DNA from: Octopus sinensis
Taxonomy: Eukaryota
Direction of reading: 5' to 3'
Assembly: GCF_006345805.1 (NCBI RefSeq)
Contig: NW_021835996.1
Span: forward strand, 455,585-519,584
Length of the DNA stretch: 64,000 nt
A program made the translations under genes and the position numbers. Below the pieces are notes generated by a model. The model was not told the DNA's origin, did not search any database, and saw only the letters and a program-made list of their open reading frames with translations. Positions 53,801 through 64,000 of the stretch are shown piece after piece. Position 1 is the first letter of the stretch. Each line of letters starts with the position of its first letter.

Positions 53801-56800
53801 AAATTGCATAATATATTACGTAATTTATTACATAATCTCAAGTACCCCCATATGCTCACATCTAGATACCTCTCCATATTGCATAATATATTACGTAATT
53901 CATTACATCATCTCAAGTACCTCCATAAACTCACTTCACGGGATGTCTTAATTTGCATAATATATTACGAAATTCATGACATAATCTCAAGTACCCCAAT
54001 ATTCTACTCATTCATTACATAATCCTAATATGCTAAAATCTAGGGACCTTCTCATATTGCATAATATCTTACGTAATTCATTACATAATCTAAATTGCAT
54101 AACATTTTACGTAATTTATTACATAATCTCAAGTACCTTCATTTCCTCACATATATGGACCTCATCAATTGCATATTATATTAGGTAATTCATTACATAA
54201 TCTCATGTAACTCCATATGCTTACATCTAGCGACCTCCCCAAATTGCATAATATATTACGTAATTTATTACATAATCTCAAATAGCTCCATATGCTCACA
54301 TCTAGATACCTCTCCATATTGCATAATATATTACGTAATTCATTACATAATCTCAAGTACCTCCATATGCTTACATCTAGCGACCTCCCCAAATTGCATA
54401 ATATATTACGTAATTTATTACATAATCTCAAGTACCCCCATATGCTCACATATAGATACCTCTCCATATTGCATAATATATTACGTAATTCATTACATCA
54501 TCTCAAGTACCTCCATAAACTCACTTCACGGGATGTCTTAATTTGCATAATATATTACGAAATTCATGACATAATCTCAAGTACCCCAGTATTCTACTCA
54601 TTCATTACATAATCCTAATATGCTAAAATCTAGGGACCTTCTCATATTGCATAATATCTTACGTAATTCATTACATAATCTAAATTGCATAACATTTTAC
54701 GTAATTTATTACATAATCTCAAGTACTTTCATTTCCTCACATATATGGACCTCATCAAATGGCATATTATATTAGGTAATTCATTACATAATCTCATGTA
54801 ACTCCATATGCTTACATCTAGCGACCTCCCCAAATTGCATAATATATTACGTAATTTATTACATAATCTCAAATAGCCCCATATGCTCACATCTAGATAC
54901 CTCTCCATATTGCATAATATATAACGTAATTCATTACATCATCTCAAGTATGTCCATATAATCACATCTAGGGATGTCCCAAAATTGCATAATATATTAT
55001 GTAATTTATTACATAATCTCAAGTACCCCCATATCCTTACTCTAGAGACCTCTCTAGAGACCTCTCAATAATGCATAATATATTACGTAATTCATTACAT
55101 CATCTCAACTATGTCCATTTAATTACATTTAGGGATGTCCTTAAATTGCATAATATATTACGTAATTCATTACATCATCTCAAGTATGTCCATATAATCA
55201 CATCTAGGGATGTCCAAAATTGCATAATATATTAGGTAATTCATTATATAATCTCAAGTACCCCTATATACTCACATCTAGCGACCTACCCAATTGAATA
55301 ATATATTACGTAATTCATAACATAATCTCAAGTACCTCCATAAATTCACATCACGGGATGTCTTAATTTGCATAATATATTACGAAATTCATGACATAAT
55401 CTCAAGTACCTCAATATTCTACTCATTCATTACATAATCTCAAGTACCCCAATATGCTAAAATCTAGGGACCTTCCATATTGCAGAATATCTTACGTAAT
55501 TCATGACATTACATAATCTAAATTGCATAATATTTTACGCAATTTATTACATAATCTCAAGTACCCCCATATGCTCACATCTAGATACCTCTCCATATTG
55601 CATAATATATTACGTAATTCATTACATCATCTCAAGTATGTCCATATAATCACATCTAGGGATGTCCCAAAATTGCATAATATATTAGGTAATTCATTAT
55701 ATAATCTCAAGTACCTTTATATACTCACATCTAGCGACCTACCCAAATTGAATAATATATTTCGTAATTCATTACATAATATCAAGTACCTCCATAAACT
55801 CACATCACGGGATGTCTTAATTTGCATAATATATTACGAAATTCATGACATAATCTCAAGTACCTCAATATTCTACTCATTCATTACATAATCTCAAGTA
55901 CCCCAATATGCTAAAATCTAAGGACATTCTCATATTGCATAATATCTTACGTAATTCATTACATAATATAAATTGCATAACATTTTACGTAATTTATTAC
56001 ATAATCTCAAGTACCTTTATTTCCTCCCATATATGGACCTCCCCAAATTGCATAATATATTACGTAATTTATTACATAATCTCAAATAGCTCCATATGCT
56101 CACATCTAGATACCTCTCCATATTGCATAATATATTACGTAATTCATTACATAATCTCAAGTACCTCCATATGCTTACATCTAGCGACCTCCCAAAATTG
56201 CATAATATATTAGGTAATTCATTATATAATCTCAAGTACCTTTATATACTCACATCTAGCGACCTACCCAATTGAATAATATATTCCGTAATTCATTACA
56301 TAATCTCAAGTACCTCCATAAACTCACATCACGGGATGTCTTAATTTGCATAATATATTACGAAATTCATGACATAATCTCAAGTACCTCAATATTCTAC
56401 TCATTCATTACATAATCTCAAGTACCCCAATATGCTAAAATCTAAGGACATTCTCATATTGCATAATATCTTACGTAATTCATTACATAATATAAATTGC
56501 ATAACATTTTACGTAATTTATTACATAATCTCAAGTACCTTTATTTCCTCCCATATATGGACCTCCCCAAATTGCATAATATATTACGTAATTTATTACC
56601 TAATCTCAATTACCCCATATTGCTCACATCTAAATACCCTCTCCATATTGCATAATATATTACGTAATTTATTACATCATCTCAAGTACCCCCATGCTCC
56701 ATAAACCTCCTATCACGGGAATGTCTTAATTTGCATAATATATTTACGAAATTCATGACATAATCTCAAGTCCCACCCCAATATTCTACTCATTCATTAC

Positions 56801-59800
56801 ATAATCCTAATATGCTAAAATCTAGGGACCTTCTCATATTGCATAATATCTTACGTAATTCATTACATAATCTAAATTGCATAACATTTTACGTAATTAT
56901 TACATAATCTCAGTACCTTCATTTCCTCACATATAGGGACCTCATCAAATTGCATATTATATTAGGTAATTCATTACATAATCTCATGTAACTCCATATG
57001 CTTACATCTAGCGACCTCCCCAAATTGCATAATATATTACGTAATTTATTACATAATCTCAAATAGCCCCATATGCTCACATCTAGATACCTCTCCATAT
57101 GCATAATATATTACGTAATTCATTACATCATCTCAAGTATGTCCATATAATCACATCTAGGGTTGTCCCAATTGCATAATATATTATGTAATTTATTACA
57201 TAATCTCAAGTACCCCATATCCTTACATCTAGAGACCTTTCAATAATGCATAATATATTACGTAATTCATTACATCATCTCAACTATGTCCATTTAATCA
57301 CATTTAGGGATGTCCTTAAATTGCATAATATATTAGGTATTTCATTTTATAATCTCAAGTACCTTTAATCTTGCGACATCCCAAATTGAATAATATATAA
57401 CGTAATTTATTACATAATCTCAAGTACCTCCATATGGTTACATCTAGCGACCTCCCCAAATTGCATAATATATTACCTAATTTATTACATAATCTCAAGT
57501 ACCCCCATATGCTCACATCTAGATACCTCTCCATATTGCATAATATATTACGTAATTCATTACATCATCTCAAGTATGTCCATATAATCACTTCTAGCGA
57601 CCTCCCCAAATTGCATAATATATTACCTAATTTATTACATAATCTCAAGTACCCCCATATCCTCACATCTAGAGACCTCTCCATATTGCATAATATATTA
57701 CGTAATTTATAACATAATCTCAAGTATGTACATATAATCACATATAAGGATGTCCCTAAATTGCATAATATATTACGTAATTCATTATATAATCTCAAGT
57801 ACCTTTAAATACTCACATCTAGCGACCTCCCAAATTGAATAATATATTACGTAATTCATTACATAATCTCAAGTACCTCCATAAACTCACATCACGGGAT
57901 GTCTTAATTTCCATAATATATTACGAAATTCATGACATATGCTCAAGTAACCCCAATATGCTAAATCTAAGAAATTCTCATATTGCATAATATCTTACGT
58001 AATTCATTACATAATATAAATTGCATAACATTTTACGTAATTTATTACATAATCTCAAGTACCTTTATTTCCTCCCATATATGGACCTCCCCAAATTGCA
58101 TAATATATTACGTAATTTATTACATAATCTCAAATGGCTCCATATGCTCACATATAGATACCTCTCCATATTGCATAATATCTTACGTAATTCATTACAT
58201 AATATAAATTGCATAACATTTTACGTAATTTATTACATAATCTCAAGTACCTTTATTTCCTCCCATATATGGACCTCCCCAAATTGCATAATATATTACG
58301 TAATTTATACATAATCTCAAATAGCTCCATATGCTCACATCTAGATACCTCTCCTATTGCATAATATATTACGTAATTCATTACATATCTCAAGTACCTC
58401 CATATGCTTACATCTAGCGACCTCCCCAAATTGCATAATATATTACGTAATTATTACATAATCTCAAGTACCACCCCCATATGCTCACATCTAGATACCT
58501 CTCCATATTGCATAATATATTACGTAATTCATTACATCATCTCAAGTACCTCTAAACTCACTTCACGGGATGTCTTAATTTGCATAATATATTACGAAAT
58601 TCATGACATAATCTCAAGTACCCCAATATTCTACTCATTCATTACATAATCCTAATATGCTAAAATCTAGGGACCTTCTCATATTGCATAATATCTTACG
58701 TAATTCATTACATAATCTAAATTGCATAACATTTTACGTAATTTATTACATAATCTCAAGTACCTTCATTTCCTCACATATATGGACCTCATCAAATTGC
58801 ATATTATATTAGGTAATTCATTACATAATCTCATGTAACTCCATATGCTTACATCTAGCGACCTCCCCAAATTGCATAATATATTACGTAATTTATTACA
58901 TAATCTCAAATAGCTCCATATGCTCACATCTAGATACCTCTCCATATTGCATAATATATTACGTAATTCATTACATAATCTCAAGTACCTCCATATGCTT
59001 ACATCTAGCGACCTCCCCAAATTGCATAATATATTACGTAATTTATTACATAATCTCAAGTACCCCCATATGCTCACATATAGATACCTCTCCATATTGC
59101 ATAATATATTACGTAATTCATTACATCATCTCAAGTACCTCCATAAACTCACTTCACGGGATGTCTTAATTTGCATAATATATTACGAAATTCATGACAT
59201 AATCTCAAGTACCCCAATATTCTACTCATTCATTACATAATCCTAATATGCTAAAATCTAGGGACCTTCTCATATTGCATAATATCTTACGTAATTCATT
59301 ACATAATCTAATTGCATAACATTTTACGTAATTTATTACATAATCTCAAGTACTTTCATTTCCTCACATATATGGACCTCATCAAATGGCATATTATATT
59401 AGGTAATTCATTACATAATCTCATGTAACTCCATATGCTTACATCTAGCGACCTCCCCAAATTGCATAATAATTACGTAATTTATTACATAATCTCAAAT
59501 AGCCCCATATGCTCACATCTAGATACCTCTCCATATTGCATATATATAACGTAATTCATTACATCATCTCAAGTATGTCCATATAATCACATCTAGGGAT
59601 GTCCCAAAATTGCATCTATATTATGTAATTTATTACATAATCTCAAGTACCCCCATATCCTTACATCTAGAGACCTCTCAATAATGCATAATATATTACG
59701 TAATTCATTACATCATCTCAACTATGTCCATTTAATTACATTTAGGGATGTCCTTAATTGCATAATATTTACGTAATTCATTACATCATCTCAAGTATGT

Positions 59801-62800
59801 CCATATAATCACATCTAGGGATGTCCCAAAATTGCATAATATATTAGGTAATTCATTATATAATCTCAAGTACCCCTATATACTCACATCTAGCGACCTA
59901 CCCAAATTGAATAATATATTACGTAATTCATTACATAATCTCAAGTACCTCCATAAATTCACATCACGGGATGTCTTAATTTGCATAATATATTACGAAA
60001 TTCATGACATAATCTCAAGTACCTCAATATTCTACTCATTCATTACATAATCTCAAGTACCCCAATATGCTAAAATCTAGGGACCTTCCATATTGCAGAA
60101 TATCTTACGTAATTCATGACATTACATAATCTAAATTGCATAATATTTTACGCAATTTATTACATAATCTCAAGTACCCCGATATTCTCAGATCTAGAGA
60201 CGTCTCCACAATGCATAATATATCACGTAATTCATTACATCATCTCAAGTATGTCCATATAATCACATATAGGGATGTCCCAAAATTGCATAATATATTA
60301 GGTAATTCATTATATAATCTCAAGTACCTTTATATACTCACATCTAGCGACCTACCCAAATTGAATAATATATTTCGTAATTCATTACATAATATCAAGT
60401 ACCTCCATAAACTCACATCACGGGATGTCTTAATTTGCATAATATATTACGAAATTCATGACATAATCTCAAGTACCTCAATATTCTACTCATTCATTAC
60501 ATAATCTCAAGTACCCCAATATGCTAAAATCTAAGGACATTCTCATATTGCATAATATCTTACGTAATTCATTACATAATATAAATTGCATAATATATTA
60601 CGTAATTTATTACATAATCTCAAGTACCCCCATATGCTCACATCTAGATACCTCTCCATATTGCATAATATATTACGTAATTCATTACATCATCTCAAGT
60701 ACCTCCATAAACTCACTTCACGGGATGTCTTAATTTGCATAATATATTACGAAATTCATGACATAATCTCAAGTACCCCAATATTCTACTCATTCATTAC
60801 ATAATCCTAATATGCTAAAATCTAGGGACCTTCTCATATTGCATAATATCTTACGTAATTCATTACATAATCTAAATTGCATAACATTTTACGTAATTTA
60901 TTACATAATCTCAAGTACCTTCATTTCCTCACATATATGGACCTCATCAAATTGCATATTATATTAGGTAATTCATTACATAATCTCATGTAACTCCATA
61001 TGCTTACATCTAGCGACCTCCCCAAATTGCATAATATATTACGTAATTTATTACATAATCTCAAATAGCCCCATATGCTCACATCTAGATACCTCTCCAT
61101 ATTGCATAATATATTACGTAATTCATTACATCATCTCAAGTATGTCCATATAATCACATCTAGGGATGTCCCAAAATTGCATAATATATTATGTAATTTA
61201 TTACATAATCTCAAGTACCCCCATATCCTTACATCTAGAGACCTCTCAATAATGCATAATATATTACGTAATTCATTACATCATCTCAACTATGTCCATT
61301 TAATTACATTTAGGGATGTCCTTAAATTGCATAATATATTACGTAATTCATTACATCATCTCAAGTATGTCCATATAATCACATCTAGGGATGTCCCAAA
61401 ATTGCATAATATATTAGGTAATTCATTATATAATCTCAAGTACCCCTATATACTCACATCTAGCGACCTACCCAAATTGAATAATATATTACGTAATTCA
61501 TTACATAATCTCAAGTACCTCCATAAATTCACATCACGGGATGTCTTAATTTGCATAATATATTACGAAATTCATGACATAATCTCAAGTACCTCAATAT
61601 TCTACTCATTCATTACATAATCTCAAGTACCCCAATATGCTAAAATCTAGGGACCTTCCATATTGCAGAATATCTTACGTAATTCATTACATAATCTAAA
61701 TTGCATAATATTTTACGCAATTTATTACATAATCTCAAGTACCCCGATATTCTCAGATCTAGAGACGTCTCCATAATGCATAATATATCACGTAATTCAT
61801 TACATCATCTCAGGTATCTCTATTTAATCACATCTGGGGATTTCCCTAAAATGAATAATATATTACGTAATTTATTACATAATCTCAAGTACCCCTATAT
61901 CCTAACATCTAGCGACCTACCCAATTGAATAATATATTACGTAATTCATTACATAATCTCAAGTACCTCCATAAACTCACTTCACGGGATGTCTTAATTT
62001 GCATAATATATTACGAAATTCATGACATATCTCAAGTACCCCAATATTCTACTCATTCATTACATAATCCTAATATGCTAAAATCTAGGGACCTTCTCAT
62101 ATTGCATAATATCTTACGTAATTCATTACATAATCTAATTGCATACATTTTACGTAATTTATTACATAATCTCAAGTACCTTCATTTCCTCACATATATG
62201 GACCTCATCATCAAATTGCATATTATATAGGTAATTCATTACATAATCTCATGTAACTCCATATGCTTACATCTAGCGACCTCCCCAAATTGCATATATA
62301 TTACGTATTTTTACATAATCTCAAATAGCTCCATATGCTCATCACATCTAGATACCTCCTCCATATTGCATAATATATTACGTAATTCATTACATAATCT
62401 CAAGTACCTCCATATGCTTACATCTACGACCCTCCCCAAAATTGCATAATATATTACGTAATTTATTACAATTCTCAAGTACCCCCCATATGCTCACATA
62501 TAGATACCTCTCATATTGCATAATATATTACGTAATTCATTACATCATCTCAAGTACCCCCTCCATAAACTCACTTCACGGAATGTCTTAATTGCATAAT
62601 ATATTACGAAATTCATGACATAATCTCAAGTACCCAGTATTCTACTCATTAATTACTCATCCTAATATGCTAAATCTAGGGACCTTCTCATATTGCATAT
62701 CTTTACGTAATTCATTACATAATCTAATTGCATAACATTTTACGTAATTTATTACATAATCTCAAGTACTTTCATTTCCTCACATATATGGACCTCATCA

Positions 62801-64000
62801 AATGGCATATTATATTAGGTAATTCATTACATAATCTTCATGTAACTCCATATGCTTACATCTAGCGACCTCCCCAAATTGCATAATATATTACGTATTT
62901 ATTACATATCTCAAATAGCCCCATATGCTCCATCTAGATACCTCTCCATATTGCATAATATATAACGTAATTCATTACATCATCTCAAGTATGTCCATAT
63001 AATCACATCTAGGGATGTCCCAAAATTGCATAATATATTATGTAATTTATTACATAATCTCAAGTACCCCCATATCCTTACATCTAGAGACCTCTCAATA
63101 ATGCATAATATATTACGTAATTCATTACATCATCTCAACTATGTCCATTTAATTACATTTAGGGATGTCCTTAAATTGCATATATATTACGTAATTCATT
63201 ACATCATCTCAAGTATGTCCATATAATCACATCTAGGGATGTCCCAAAATTGCATAATATATTAGGTAATTCATTATATAATCTCAAGTACCCCTATATA
63301 CTCACATCTAGCGACCTACCCAAATTGAATATATATTACGTAATTCATTACATAATCTCAAGTACCTCCATAAATTCCACATCACGGATGTCTTAATTTG
63401 CATAATATATTACGAAATTCATGACATAATCTCAAGTACCTCCATCAATATTCTACCATTCATTACATAATCTCAAGTACCCCACCAATTGCTAAAATCT
63501 AGGGACCTTCCATATTGCAGAATATCTTACGTAATTCATTACATAATCTAAATTGCATAATATTTTACGCAATTTATTACATAATCTCAAGTACCCCGAT
63601 ATTCTCAGATCTAGAGACGTCTCCATAATGCATAATATATCACGTAATTCATTACATCATCTCAGGTATCTCTATTTAATCACATCTGGGGATTTCCCTA
63701 AAATGAATAATATATTACGTAATTTATTACATAATCTCAAGTACCCCTATATCCTAACATCTAGCGACCTACCCAAATTGAATAATATATTACGTAATTC
63801 ATTACATAATCTCAAGTACCTCCATAAACTCACTTCACGGGATGTCTTAATTTGCATAATATATTACGAAATTCATGACATAATCTCAAGTACCCCAATA
63901 TTCTACTCATTCATTACATAATCCTAATATGCTAAATCTAGGACCTTCTCATATTGCATAATATCTTACGTATTCATTACATAATCTAAATTGCATAACA
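38869..64000 (+). repeat. 75-bp-monomer tandem satellite array (>25 kb, roughly 330 units, runs off the window) with higher-order repeats
   Basis: Representative monomer TTGCATAATATATTACGTAATTCATTACATAATCTCAAGTACCTCCATATGCTTACATCTAGCGACCTCCCCAAA (75 bp). About 20 recurrent variant types plus 38-bp half units recur in ordered blocks. Confidence 0.98.
39554..40817 (-). mobile_element. Non-autonomous Buster/Charlie-type hAT DNA transposon (1264 bp) inserted in the satellite
   Basis: Perfect 13-bp TIR CAGAGGTTTCCAA / TTGGAAACCTCTG. 8-bp TSD TATTAGGT (39546-39553, 40818-40825) with central TA. Subterminal CGCCTCCC repeats. Transposase N-terminus (RKYFPSYLLLGFT...PLCLLCLKTL) and hATC C-terminus (LLPFATSYLCETGFS...KSKYRTRL) are present; much of the interior is deleted. 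Confidence 0.96.

Noticed and set aside
39161-63921. Dozens of ORFs on both strands in the array, taken as individual genes
   Set aside because: They arise from the 75-bp (3n) periodicity, are broken by fixed stops and frameshifts, and have no unique termini. Coding origin is kept only as a hypothesis.
38869-64000. CRISPR-like layout (~41-bp constant part with palindrome plus ~34-bp variable part)
   Set aside because: The variable parts are homologous to each other and recur in ordered blocks. There are no cas genes and the context is eukaryotic. It is a satellite.

Overview
AT-rich eukaryotic nuclear DNA, standard genetic code, very likely from a genome-reduced metazoan parasite. A dicyemid or myxozoan is my inference from the 21-30 nt GT-AG micro-introns and the animal-type genes and transposons. 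The first ~38.9 kb holds ten compact, intron-rich genes: RIOK2, GBE1, CCDC25, a POLR1D-isoform-2-like gene, SNRPC/U1-C, a RhoGAP, a miniaturised REV3L, CCT6, an orphan coiled-coil gene and SLX1. The ORF track fragments or misses them because of the micro-introns. They are separated by debris of RTE, CRE-clade (one near full-length, with an N-terminal PHD finger), Jockey/I-like and R4/Dong-like retrotransposons and a Tigger fragment. From ~38.87 kb to the end is a 75-bp-monomer satellite with higher-order structure, interrupted once by a Buster-type hAT element with perfect TIRs and TSD. The monomer carries three tandem PAR-bZIP/C-EBP-type sites. In one frame it reads as a 25-aa leucine-rich-repeat-like module. 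All gene models and identifications were made by hand and by motif recognition, with no database searches.
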